Source of the DNA: Planctomycetota bacterium
GTDB lineage: Bacteria > Planctomycetota > Brocadiia > Brocadiales > Bathyanammoxibiaceae
Length of the DNA: 64,000 nucleotides
Direction of reading: 5' to 3'
Assembly (NCBI GenBank): GCA_023261505.1
Contig: JAHFOV010000001.1
Coordinates: forward strand, 9,191 to 73,190
Shown piece by piece: positions 51,803-61,432 of the stretch. The notes below the pieces were generated by a model. The model saw only the letters and a program-made list of their open reading frames with translations. It was not told the origin of the DNA and ran no database searches. Made by a program: the position numbers and the translations under genes. Each line of letters begins with the position of its first letter. The stretch's first letter is position 1.

Positions 51803-52008
51803 TGCCCACTGCAAAAGAGGTAGTAAGCTTCTTAAAAAGGAAAGGCTTTATAAAGAAAAGACAGAAAGGCTGACATCTTGTGTTAGAAAACCCTGAGACA
51901 AGTTTTCGTACAGTTATTCCAATGCACTCAGGGGATTTACCAAAAGGATTGTTTCTGAAAATCCTAAAAGATGCAGGGTTTAGTCTAAAAGACTTCTTAG
52001 AAGAATAA
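51802..52008 (+). pseudogene. hicA-like toxin gene with in-frame TGA
   Basis: MPTAKEVVSFLKRKGFIKKRQKG*HLVLENPETSFRTVIPMHSGDLPKGLFLKILKDAGFSLKDFLEE. The stop falls where HicA has the G-S-H motif. The start overlaps the hicB stop (TAATG). Confidence 0.6.
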
Positions 52009-52207
52009 GCAAAAACTCCCACAACAAATGTTTATCCTGCTAAAATTACTTGCTAGAATCTGTCTTTACTTCTCGGAATGCACAGAATGAAACGAACGCC
52101 CATTTATCCCATAAGGACTTACTACTAGCATACTCTCCCTCATCTCTTGCGAAGTAAAGATATCCTTATTAATATTTCTGCCAGTTTGCGGGGATAATAT
52201 TTTACTC

Positions 52208-52235
52208 TTGACAAGTCCCTTTTTTTATTTAATCT
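52208..52235 (+). promoter_or_regulatory. Candidate promoter for the membrane glycosyltransferase-like gene
   Basis: TTGACA (52208-52213), 16 nt, then TAATCT (52230-52235). Confidence 0.3.
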
Positions 52236-52281
52236 CGTTAAAGACCCTACGTAGTTTCTTTCCCCTTTAAAGGGAGAAAAA

Positions 52282-54003
52282 ATGATGGATTACCTGCCGG
52301 CAGTAATAATTTTTGTTGTTTGTTTTGGTTTGTTGATAATGATGAGATCGATGAGGGGTCTGTTCCTTTATGTTTTTCTTGGAGTAGCCGCTCTGGCTAA
52401 CGGAACAATCCTTGCTGGCATGGTGCGTTTATTTTATCTACCCATAGTGTTTGGAATAAGCGGTCTTTTTTTCTTGGCGTTTTATTCTATATTCAAGCAT
52501 AAGGTCTTTTTTGAAGGAGATTTTGAGCGCAGGGAGATAATAATTATCTCGCTTCTTATGGTTGTATGTTTATCTTTTCAGTATAAGTCGCAATATATTG
52601 GTGGCCAGGATGCCGTTTCTGCTTTCTTGCCTATCAGCAGGCATCTTGCAGAGCGGTATGGTTTTCCAGAACAGAAGATAAATATCTCTGAACCGGATTC
52701 TGCTTTGTTCCGCTTGGGTACGCCTCCTCTGATTTTAGGATTAGGGGGGTTCCTTTTTCAAATAACTGGCATGGCAAGTGAAAAAGTCGCTGCTTTTGTT
52801 CCAATTTTCTTTTTTATACTTTTTTTACTTGTTACTTTCTTATGGGCAAAGGAAAAAGAAATAGATCCTTTCTGGATTGGTATCGTGGTTCTTTTTTCTT
52901 ATTTTTTGGTGAGAATATTTTCCTGGTTTTATCAGGAAGGCGCATTAGCATTTTTTTCCGCGGTAGTTTTTTATACATTGTATAAATTCATCAAGACAAA
53001 AGAGGTTGCGTTTTTTCAAGTAGCTATTTTAGCCAGTGGTTTGGCCAGCATAACGAAAATTATTGGAATTGAGGTTCCATTTTTGGTGGTCTTGTTTGGT
53101 TTAAATTATTGTTTATGGAATGCCAAGACAACAGGTTTTTTTATTCTCGCTCATTTTGTTCCATTTCTCTGGTATTTACGAAACTATCTCCTTTTTGGTG
53201 CGTTTTACTGCTCAGGGTTTGGGCAAAGCATTCCTTGGTTAAACCCAGAGGTAGAAACTGCTGAAATGTTTCACCGACTTCTCCATCTCTTCCGCAGATT
53301 TCCTGCTGAGGATATAGCTGTAGTGTATCTTTTCGCACCGATTTTTGCTATTTGGCTGGTTGGATCGCCGCTTAACTGGAAAAAAATGGAAACCTTTGAC
53401 CGGTTTGCCTGGCTCTGTTATATAGGATCGGTTTTTGTCTGGGTTTTGCTTCTAGGTACCTTTTACGAAAGGTATCTGTTTTTCTTTGCTGCTCCCTGCC
53501 TGATCTTTTTGGGAATCCTCACCAAAGAAATCAGAGCGCACAATCTAAGGGGGAGTAAAAAGAAGATTGGTTACCTCCTAATGGGACTTTTGGCTGTTGG
53601 AATTTTGGGTTTGAATTATAGCATCAAAGGGGAGAGTGGCTGGTTCCCAGAATTTAATAATAATCGAGAAATCCATTTGCGGGCGGTAGATTTCTTAAGG
53701 CACGAAGAAAAAATCGTTCCGGCCTCAAAGGTATGGGTAGATTCGGATATGGGCTTTCGCTGGTTTGGAAAATTACATGTGCTGGAAACCGATTACAATA
53801 TTCCTCTGGATGAATTCCGGCTGGCTCGAAGAAAAGGAGATTTCGCCTCTCTTTTTAAGAAGTACGGGATTCGTTATGTAATCAACGAATGGTATATAAC
53901 TCATGTAGAGGAGATTTTTGACACCATTAACGCTGATGAAAAAAATTTTACCCTTATATATAGGCGAGATGGAATTAAAATTTGGAGAGTTAATTATTCA
54001 TAA
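52282..54003 (+). CDS. Large polytopic membrane protein, GT-C-fold (ArnT/PMT-like) glycosyltransferase candidate
   Basis: It is 573 aa with about 12 hydrophobic segments and a C-terminal soluble domain. It sits in a polysaccharide-locus context. The family assignment is not motif-proven. Confidence 0.4.
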   Translation: MMDYLPAVIIFVVCFGLLIMMRSMRGLFLYVFLGVAALANGTILAGMVRLFYLPIVFGISGLFFLAFYSIFKHKVFFEGDFERREIIIISLLMVVCLSFQYKSQYIGGQDAVSAFLPISRHLAERYGFPEQKINISEPDSALFRLGTPPLILGLGGFLFQITGMASEKVAAFVPIFFFILFLLVTFLWAKEKEIDPFWIGIVVLFSYFLVRIFSWFYQEGALAFFSAVVFYTLYKFIKTKEVAFFQVAILASGLASITKIIGIEVPFLVVLFGLNYCLWNAKTTGFFILAHFVPFLWYLRNYLLFGAFYCSGFGQSIPWLNPEVETAEMFHRLLHLFRRFPAEDIAVVYLFAPIFAIWLVGSPLNWKKMETFDRFAWLCYIGSVFVWVLLLGTFYERYLFFFAAPCLIFLGILTKEIRAHNLRGSKKKIGYLLMGLLAVGILGLNYSIKGESGWFPEFNNNREIHLRAVDFLRHEEKIVPASKVWVDSDMGFRWFGKLHVLETDYNIPLDEFRLARRKGDFASLFKKYGIRYVINEWYITHVEEIFDTINADEKNFTLIYRRDGIKIWRVNYS

Positions 54004-54044
54004 GTCAGGGATTACACATATAAGTTGGTCCTGGAACTCTTGAG

Positions 54045-55466
54045 CTAATATGCCCCCTTTCCAGATGTGACCACGGGTACTGTCTTAAAGATTATCTTTA
54101 TATCGTTGAGGAATGACCACTCGTCTATATACTTAAGGTCCAGCCTCATCCATTCCTCAAAATCAACATCATTTCTACCACTTATCTGCCACAGGCCGGT
54201 GATCCCCGGTCTCATAGAAAGTCTCCTTCTCTGCCATCTCTTATACCTTTCTACCTCTTCCGGCAGGGGTGGCCTCGGCCCAACAAGGCTCATATCTCCT
54301 TTAAGGACATTGATCAACTGAGGAAGTTCATCAAGGCTAGTTCTTCTGAGAAAACTTCCGATAGGAGTTACCCTCGGATCTCTCTTTATCTTAAAGACTG
54401 GCCCATTAAGTTCATTCATCTTAACAAGGTCTTTCTTCAGGCTTTCGGCTTCTTGTAGCATTGTTCTGAATTTATACATGACGAATCTCCTGCCATTAAG
54501 GCCGCAACGAATCTGCCTGAAAAAGATAGGACCCTTAGATGTAAACTTAATCAAAATAAAAATCAAAATGAATAAGGGAAAAGAAGTGAGAAGTAATAGG
54601 GCAGACCCGGAAATGTCTAAAAACCTCTTACTAAGCAAAGCAAGCTCATTCCTTGCTGTGGCTGAGAATGTAAGAACTGGAATTCCCTTTAGATTTTCAA
54701 TAGAGACTTTTGAGCCCATTTTTGAAAAGGGATCCAGAAGCACCCCCGTCTTCACCCCCATCTCATCGCAGTAGCGAAAGATATCATCAAACTCAGCAAG
54801 CCTATTTCTTGGTAAGGCCAGTATCACCTCGTCCACCACCTTTTGTTCCATTATCTTCGGTAGGTCTTTTATTGTCCCAAGAAGAGGATAGTCATTTATT
54901 ACGGACGCATTTATTTCTGGGTTTTCAGAGATAAAACCTAAGACCTTCATGCGAAAAAATTTATTGCTATCTATCTCATTCGCAAGTTCCTTTGCCCCCT
55001 TTCCTGTCCCAACTATTAAAACGTTCAGTTCTTCATTTTCTATTAGTAAATCTATGCCATAGTGAAAAAGGAACCGTAGAGCTACAAGCATAATGAGGTT
55101 TATTATTCCGAAGAATCCTATCAAAAGGCGGCTTATATAGATGAATTTTAGCCCAAAGATGATGGCTCCCAGGATGAGATTTCCCAGAATGACCGCCTTC
55201 AAGAGCCGCAATATCTCGGTCCTTGTAGGATAAGTCCTCTCTATTCTGTAAAGACCCATAGAGTAAAGGATTAAAGACCAGAGGGGGATTATAATCAGAA
55301 GCAGCCAGAGATAAGTTTTTATTGAGTAAAGACCTACTTTAAACAACGAGTCCCTCACCCAGTAAGCTATGAAAAAGGATACTGCTGTGAAGAGGATATC
55401 GAAAAAGAAAAGGGAGAAAGAAATTATTCTTTTTCTCTCACTGATCATGGTGTAGAAATTTATCAT
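54045..55466 (-). CDS. Polyprenyl-phosphate glycosyl-1-phosphate transferase (WbaP/EpsB-like priming enzyme)
   Basis: N-terminal TM helices and a Rossmann-like VLIVGTGKGAKELA are followed by a C-terminal bacterial sugar transferase domain (GPVFKIKRDPRVTPIG, MSLVGPRP, RPGITGLWQISGRN). Confidence 0.88.
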   Translation of the reverse strand: MINFYTMISERKRIISFSLFFFDILFTAVSFFIAYWVRDSLFKVGLYSIKTYLWLLLIIIPLWSLILYSMGLYRIERTYPTRTEILRLLKAVILGNLILGAIIFGLKFIYISRLLIGFFGIINLIMLVALRFLFHYGIDLLIENEELNVLIVGTGKGAKELANEIDSNKFFRMKVLGFISENPEINASVINDYPLLGTIKDLPKIMEQKVVDEVILALPRNRLAEFDDIFRYCDEMGVKTGVLLDPFSKMGSKVSIENLKGIPVLTFSATARNELALLSKRFLDISGSALLLLTSFPLFILIFILIKFTSKGPIFFRQIRCGLNGRRFVMYKFRTMLQEAESLKKDLVKMNELNGPVFKIKRDPRVTPIGSFLRRTSLDELPQLINVLKGDMSLVGPRPPLPEEVERYKRWQRRRLSMRPGITGLWQISGRNDVDFEEWMRLDLKYIDEWSFLNDIKIIFKTVPVVTSGKGAY

Positions 55467-55843
55467 AAAAAGGGGGGCTTATCAATCTTAATCAATACGA
55501 GAGGATTTTACACTACCCATTAGGCAAATCTTATTGACAAAGAAACTAGAATAAAGTAAATCTTTAAAATTGTTTTCACAGCGAGAAAAAGTCTGAGTCG
55601 TATTTCAAAAAGTTACCTTCAGGCCAAGATGTTCAGCAAAAATTGCTCCAAACACTTAAACTCATAGAATGTATAGATAGGCTTCCCCAGAACGATCTGT
55701 CATTAAAAGAGATAATAGCATTAACCGGTAGCACCTTAGATCAAAAAAACACCAAGAATATGGGATTCGAGATAAAGTGGTTGTTCACAGAAGAAAAAGA
55801 GAATTTTCATTAGTTTTATTAAAAAGAAGAGGGATAAAGATTA

Positions 55844-57124
55844 ATGTACCCCCATGAGATCTTAAGTTTGTATAATTTGTATAAATTGTGGACGAATCAA
55901 TGGAGGTCTTCTTCTGAACTTAAACAGATTCAGGAGGAAAAACTGAGACGCTTAATTCACCATGCCTATCGTTCTGTTCCCTATTACAGAAAATTGATGG
56001 ATTCCGCTGGAGTCAAGCCGCAGGACATCCAAGGTACTTCTGGTCTCAAGTTGATACCAACGACTTCCAAAAAGACCCTCCTCGCTCTTCCTAAAGAGGA
56101 GATTGTGTCTGAAGACTTTAAGAATGAAAGACTTGTCACAATTCAGAGTAGCGGATCCACCGGCTGCCCTTTTTCCGTTTTATTCACTCGCCAAGATTCT
56201 CGCTTGACGTGGTTTTCTTTTCTAAGAGCCTTTACGGCCAATGGTCTGAACCTTTGGGATAAAACACTTATATATACAGGGTCTTTCCGAATACCGAGCA
56301 AGAAGCCTTGGTTTGAACACCTTGGAATTCTACGAAGGTATTACGTTGCTATAGAGGCTGAGGCAGATGCGAGAGTCGAGGGAATCTTGAGATTTAACCC
56401 CAGCGTAATCCAGGGAACTTGGGGAGTATTGTTGGCACTGGCTAAAGAGGTCACAGGGAGATCGATTAAAGACATACGAACCAAACTCATATTTGGATAC
56501 GGAGACACCATCGCCTCTTCGGAGAGAAAATTTATAGGTGATATCTTGGGTGGAAGAATTGTTGATATTTATGGTTCTGGTGAGGCAGGTATTATTGCAT
56601 GGGAGTGCGGACATTGCCCAGGGTATCACATAAATATAGATATGGTCATCATCGAATTCCTGAAGGACGGTCAGGATGTTTCTCCGGGAACAGCGGGAGA
56701 GATTGTGTTGACAAATCTCCATTCATATGCCATGCCTCTAATCCGCTACGAACAGCAAGATATGGGAATTCGTTCTGACAAAAAGCCTTTATGTGGCAGA
56801 GGCCTTCCTCTTATGAAGAGCTTTGAAGGGAGAACTGACGATTTTGTGATTCTTCCCACTGGAAAGGCTGTTCCCCCTAGTTTTTTTATAGCTGTCTTTA
56901 CACCTCTAAAGGATATTTTCCAGTGGAGGGTGGTTCAGGAGTCTGCACATAAAATAAAAGTGCTTATTGTTTCATCCAAAGTATCATCGGAGAAAATCCG
57001 TAATATAGAAAACGCGTTAAAAGAAAAATTGGGAGCGGAAGTGGAAATCACAATTGAGTTGGTAGACGAAATAAAAAAAGACCCATCGGGAAAGCGAAGG
57101 GCTGTGGTTTCCAAGGTCAAATAA
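55844..57124 (+). CDS. CapK/PaaK (phenylacetate-CoA ligase / F390 synthetase)-like adenylate-forming enzyme, copy 1
   Basis: AYRSVPYYRKLMDSAGVKP and the AMP motif SSGSTGCPF are present, with ECGHCPGYHINIDM and LTNLHSYAMPLIRYEQQDMG. It is a paralog of the next gene. Confidence 0.75.
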   Translation: MYPHEILSLYNLYKLWTNQWRSSSELKQIQEEKLRRLIHHAYRSVPYYRKLMDSAGVKPQDIQGTSGLKLIPTTSKKTLLALPKEEIVSEDFKNERLVTIQSSGSTGCPFSVLFTRQDSRLTWFSFLRAFTANGLNLWDKTLIYTGSFRIPSKKPWFEHLGILRRYYVAIEAEADARVEGILRFNPSVIQGTWGVLLALAKEVTGRSIKDIRTKLIFGYGDTIASSERKFIGDILGGRIVDIYGSGEAGIIAWECGHCPGYHINIDMVIIEFLKDGQDVSPGTAGEIVLTNLHSYAMPLIRYEQQDMGIRSDKKPLCGRGLPLMKSFEGRTDDFVILPTGKAVPPSFFIAVFTPLKDIFQWRVVQESAHKIKVLIVSSKVSSEKIRNIENALKEKLGAEVEITIELVDEIKKDPSGKRRAVVSKVK

Positions 57125-57141
57125 TTGAGGAATGTAGAGAC

Positions 57142-58431
57142 ATGCGTCCCTACGATGTGTTGGACCTATATGAATTGATGAAAAATCAGTGGAGGAAACC
57201 TGAAGAACTCGCTGAAATTCAGGTTAAAAAACTACAAAAACTAGTTCGTCATGCCTATGAAGAGGTTCCTTATTACCGAAGGCTCTTTGACTCAGTGAAG
57301 CTAACACCTTCCGACATAAAAGATATTTCAGACTTGACCAAGATTCCTATAACCTCAAAAGAACAGCTTGTCAGTCTTCCCCTGAAGGAGATAACGGCAG
57401 GGGGTGTAGACCTTGACTATTGCAGGGTTACAACAACAAGTGGAACAACGGGTGTTCCTATTAAAACTTATTATAGGAGAAGGGATTTTACTCTGATGAA
57501 TCTTGGATGGGCAAGGGCCTATCTTGCACATGGCATGAAGCCATGGTACAGGATAGGGGCATTCAGCGGATGGCCGTCTATTAGTCCAAAGCCCTCATGG
57601 TACGAATATATAGGTCTCTGGAGGCGGAAAGTGCTCTCTTCTCTGGATAGCCCGGATATTTGGATTTCTGAACTGCGGAAATGGAGGCCTCAAGTAATAA
57701 CAGGTTATGTTATGAACTTAAAGCTTCTGGCCTTTGCAATCCAGGAACATGGGGACAGTGACATTAGGCCGCAGCTGATTTTTTCTACCTCCGCCATCCT
57801 CGATGATTATAGCCGTAAATTTATTACCGATGTATTTAAGGAGAAGGTAGTGGATATATATGGATCGAACGAGGGGGGATGTATAGCGTGGGAGTGCCCC
57901 CAATGTAATGGTTACCACGTAAATATAGATATGCTGGTTTTGGAGATACTGGAAAATGGAAAGTCTGTGCCACCGGGCAAGGAAGGAGAGGTGGTTATTA
58001 CAAACCTCCATTCCTACGCTATGCCCCTTATCCGTTATAGACTGGGAGACATAGGAACCCTTAGCCCTGAAGTACCCTCTTGTGGTAGAGGCATGCCCCT
58101 CCTAAAGGAAATCACAGGAAGGATCGATGATTTTATTGTTCTCCCTTCAGGTAAAAGGATATCACCTCACCCATTCTACCACGCCCTTCGGTGGGTTCGT
58201 GGAATCGCCAAATGGAGAATAATTCAAGAAGAAAATGGAATCCTAAAGGTTGAAGTAGTCGTAAGCAAAGATTTTAGCTATAATGGTTCCTCTTTGATAG
58301 AGGCAAATTTGAGAAAAATCTTTGATGATAAGTTGAAGATAGAGATTTCAATTGTAGCTGAGATTAAGCAGGACCCTTCCCAAAAGTTTCGGTCAGTGAT
58401 TTCAAAGGTGAAAAAAGCGGACCTCATTTAA
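57142..58431 (+). CDS. CapK/PaaK-like adenylate-forming enzyme, copy 2
   Basis: AYEEVPYYRRLFDSVKLTP, TSGTTGVPI, ECPQCNGYHVNIDM and ITNLHSYAMPLIRYRLGDIG are present. Confidence 0.75.
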   Translation: MRPYDVLDLYELMKNQWRKPEELAEIQVKKLQKLVRHAYEEVPYYRRLFDSVKLTPSDIKDISDLTKIPITSKEQLVSLPLKEITAGGVDLDYCRVTTTSGTTGVPIKTYYRRRDFTLMNLGWARAYLAHGMKPWYRIGAFSGWPSISPKPSWYEYIGLWRRKVLSSLDSPDIWISELRKWRPQVITGYVMNLKLLAFAIQEHGDSDIRPQLIFSTSAILDDYSRKFITDVFKEKVVDIYGSNEGGCIAWECPQCNGYHVNIDMLVLEILENGKSVPPGKEGEVVITNLHSYAMPLIRYRLGDIGTLSPEVPSCGRGMPLLKEITGRIDDFIVLPSGKRISPHPFYHALRWVRGIAKWRIIQEENGILKVEVVVSKDFSYNGSSLIEANLRKIFDDKLKIEISIVAEIKQDPSQKFRSVISKVKKADLI

Positions 58432-58470
58432 TTATAACGAAATATAAAACTAAAGCCGAAGATAAAAAAT

Positions 58471-59607
58471 ATGAATGCTATTAATAATAATATAAAAGGA
58501 TTCGCTACGCTGGAGAGGATACTAAAGCTGAGGGGGATAACATGGAATTTCATTAAATATAACGCCCTTCAGCCTTTCTTTACGAAACCTTTTCTACCAA
58601 AAACCCTTCTTATCTATGTAACCTACCGCTGTAATGCCCGCTGTATCATGTGCGGAATATGGAAAGGTAATAGTTTCAATGATTCTCACAGGGAATTATC
58701 ACCAGAAGAACTGAGCATGATTCTATCCGATAAGCTCTTTTCTAAAGTCGAACACGTCAATATTAGCGGGGGAGAGCCTACATTGCGTGAAGATTTAGTT
58801 GAATTAATAGCGGTTATCCTTAAACAATTTCCGAGGTTAAAGAGTATAAGCATGGTCTCGAATGGCCTACTCACTCACAGGATGACCAAGGTTGTGGAAG
58901 ATATATTAATACTTTGTAAAAGGTTTAATATCCCTTTCTCCCTCAGCATCTCTGTTCATGGGGTGGATGACACCTTGGATAGAGTGTACGGCATAAAGGG
59001 TTCCTTCGAAAGGATAAACGAGACAATAGGGTGCCTCAAGGCCCTTCAGCAAGACCACAGATATGCATTAAATCTAAATTGTGTTATCACAAAAATAAAT
59101 CTTGAGAATATCCCTGAGTTAATTCAATGGGGTAAGATGGTCGACCTTCCAATAACCTTTATTCTTGGAGAACTGAGGGAAAGGTTTATGAACTTAGATA
59201 CGGCATCTAATATTGTAATCCCAAAGGATAAGAAGGATTTACTGATAAAATTTTTGAGGACGCTATCTGCAAAGAAGAGCTTGTTTAACCACCATGCCTT
59301 CAGGTATAAAGCCCTGGCTGATATGATAGAATTTAATACTGAAAGGGATATTAGTTGCCATTATGATATTGGTGGTGTAATCTTGGGATCCGAAGGCGAC
59401 ATCCATTACTGTCCACAGAGTAGTTCTATAGGCAGCTGTAGAGAAAGATCTGCCTTCGATATCTATTACGATGCCAAGAACATAGATTATCGAATAAATT
59501 CTGTACAAAGGGAAAGATGCCCATTCTGCCCACCTCTTACATTCAATAAGCTAGAGCTTCATAAAGACATGCTAAAGTATCTCAAATTTTTGGTCACAAA
59601 CCGTTAA
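58471..59607 (+). CDS. Radical SAM enzyme with Cys-rich C-terminal (SPASM/twitch-like) region, copy 1
   Basis: The cluster motif is CNARCIMCGIW and the SAM-binding stretch is NISGGEPTLRED. The C-terminal Cys residues are in CHYD..CPQSSSIGSC..CPFCPP. Confidence 0.75.
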   Translation: MNAINNNIKGFATLERILKLRGITWNFIKYNALQPFFTKPFLPKTLLIYVTYRCNARCIMCGIWKGNSFNDSHRELSPEELSMILSDKLFSKVEHVNISGGEPTLREDLVELIAVILKQFPRLKSISMVSNGLLTHRMTKVVEDILILCKRFNIPFSLSISVHGVDDTLDRVYGIKGSFERINETIGCLKALQQDHRYALNLNCVITKINLENIPELIQWGKMVDLPITFILGELRERFMNLDTASNIVIPKDKKDLLIKFLRTLSAKKSLFNHHAFRYKALADMIEFNTERDISCHYDIGGVILGSEGDIHYCPQSSSIGSCRERSAFDIYYDAKNIDYRINSVQRERCPFCPPLTFNKLELHKDMLKYLKFLVTNR

Positions 59608-59987
59608 GGCAATAAATGGGATATCACTTCACGACAGATGTTATGCTGGCCAAACTCAAAAGTGGAGGTAATACCGCCAAAACGCCCCTCCCTTCGGGAT
59701 CCTTTATCTTGCCGATACCTTAGAGAAGGCTGGCCTAAAAACTTGGTTTTTACTAGGGCAAAGAAAATTGATTAACCTTTCGTTTCTCTTCCCGCATAAA
59801 CAGCATAGAGATGGCAGGGTCATGGAATCAAGTCTTCTCCCAGACTTTTTCGGGGTAGCCGAGAGGCCCTCAGATTTATGACAGGTATACAAAGAATTTC
59901 AAAAGACTGTCCCGTATCCGCCAGATGGGAGCCGTATATATATATAATTGAGACCTCTGAAAAAGTATGAGAAGCGACGCTTCAAGT

Positions 59988-60122
59988 GTCATTGCGATCC
60001 GCCTTAGGCGGAGAAGCAATCTCATGTTTTCTAGTGCAAACCACTTAGGAGATTGTTCGCCAAGGCGAATCCGCCTCAGGTGTGACTTTGGGGCTTCGCC
60101 CCTCGTCCGCCTCAGGCGGAGC
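59988..60122. repeat. Family-1 palindromic element inside the polysaccharide locus
   Basis: gtcattgcgatccgccttaggcggagaagcaatctcatgttttctagtgcaaaccacttaggagattgttcgcc...tccgcctcaggcggagc. Confidence 0.85.
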
Positions 60123-60178
60123 AGCTTTGCCCAGAATTTTTCAGAGACCTCATAATTATTGCTGAAAATGATTAAAGT

Positions 60179-61429
60179 ATGAAGGTTACGATCTTGAATG
60201 CTCATTCTACCCTTAATCCAGGCGATACTGGAATTGTTCTCGGCCAGATATCCTTTTTAAGGAAATATTTCCCTGGAATAGCTATCTCTATTACCTCAAG
60301 GACGCCTGAAATTGACAGGTCTTTTTATGAACCCTTGGGGATTAGGGTTTTGGAACCTTTCCTTCCTGCTCCAAGCAATTTTCCTGACAGAAAGGTGAGA
60401 GGGTTTATTAAAAACCTTCTAAACCTCAGGGCCAAGGTAGAAGTCTTCAGGACCCTTCTCGAAAGTACTCTTGTCTTTCTAAGTGGTGGTGGTTATTTCT
60501 ATTCCTATAGAAGGTCTTTCCCAGGGCCAACCTTCTTTCAAGACCTTGTTTCTCCAATCCTTGCGGCTACACTCAGAAAGCCGATCGTCTTTTTCCCCCA
60601 ATCTATCGGCCCCTTTAGAAACCCTTTTGCCATCTTAGCGACTAGAAAAATAATAGAGTCAGATAGAGTTCGCAGGGTCTTTCTTAGAGAAAGGGTCTCT
60701 CTCGATAACCTTACGAAGATTGTAAAAGAAAAGGACAGGTCAAAATTGGCTTTATGTCCGGACATGGCCTTCCTGATAGAGGAGGCCGCTTTGAAAGAAT
60801 TTAATTTCAGAGAGGAGATAGCACTCCCAAAACCCCTTCTCGGTCTAACTCTGCGGGAATGGACTTTCCCAAGTTACACGAGAGAAAAGGGAGAGATGAT
60901 GAGGAAGGCCTACCTAAATTCTCTTGTCGAAATAGCAATGAGCTTTTATGCCCAGTTTAAAGGCTCAATCCTTATCATCCCCCAGGTATGGGGGCCTGGT
61001 TCCTTCGAGGATGACAGGCCTATCTCGAAGGAGTTCTACTTAGGTTTAAAGGAGAAAATACCAGAGGAGAACCTTTGTCTCTTTGATAATGATGAAGTCC
61101 TTTCCCCTTATTATCTTATAAAACTCTTTTCGATGTGTGATATTTTTATAGGGACTAGGTTCCATTCTTGTATCTTTGCCTTTTTAGCAGGTGTTCCATT
61201 TATCTCGATAGGTTATCAACATAAAAGCTCCGGCATCATGGAGATGCTCGGGCTGGGTAGATTTTCACTAGATATATCAGAGGTCTCGAAGGAAATGGTC
61301 ATTTCACTGATAGAAGAGATACTGAACCATCCGGAGGAAATCCGGAGTTCATTGAGACGAAATATGGAACTTATTAAAAATGAAACTGAGAATATCCTTC
61401 TGAAGGAAGTAGTTCAATTTCTGAGCTGA
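60179..61429 (+). CDS. Polysaccharide pyruvyl transferase family protein
   Basis: The N-terminus is LNPGDTGIVLGQISFLRK. The C-terminal part FIGTRFHSCIFAFLAGVPFISIGYQHKSSGIMEMLGL is typical of the family. Confidence 0.8.
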   Translation: MKVTILNAHSTLNPGDTGIVLGQISFLRKYFPGIAISITSRTPEIDRSFYEPLGIRVLEPFLPAPSNFPDRKVRGFIKNLLNLRAKVEVFRTLLESTLVFLSGGGYFYSYRRSFPGPTFFQDLVSPILAATLRKPIVFFPQSIGPFRNPFAILATRKIIESDRVRRVFLRERVSLDNLTKIVKEKDRSKLALCPDMAFLIEEAALKEFNFREEIALPKPLLGLTLREWTFPSYTREKGEMMRKAYLNSLVEIAMSFYAQFKGSILIIPQVWGPGSFEDDRPISKEFYLGLKEKIPEENLCLFDNDEVLSPYYLIKLFSMCDIFIGTRFHSCIFAFLAGVPFISIGYQHKSSGIMEMLGLGRFSLDISEVSKEMVISLIEEILNHPEEIRSSLRRNMELIKNETENILLKEVVQFLS

Positions 61430-61432
61430 CAT

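Noticed and set aside
52085-52110. A possible third, very short copy of the tRNA-Val 3' end (acgaacgcccattta) beyond the hicBA pair.
   Set aside because: Only about 9 contiguous matching bases (ACGCCCATT), which is within chance expectation.
55576-55813. Small ORF upstream of the first CapK-like gene with an HTH-like stretch (LSLKEIIALTGSTLDQ), downstream of a TTGACA-17-TAAATC promoter-like site at 55544-55572.
   Set aside because: The only canonical start (TTG 55643) gives 56 aa with no SD. The longer open frame lacks a start codon, and the motif resemblance is weak.
59608-59987. Short ORF fragments in the gap after the first radical SAM gene (for example MGYHFTTDVMLAKLKSGGNTAKTPLPSGSFILPIP*), possibly remnants of a lost gene.
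   Set aside because: The fragments are short and fall in different frames, and I recognise no family. I cannot distinguish them from noise.
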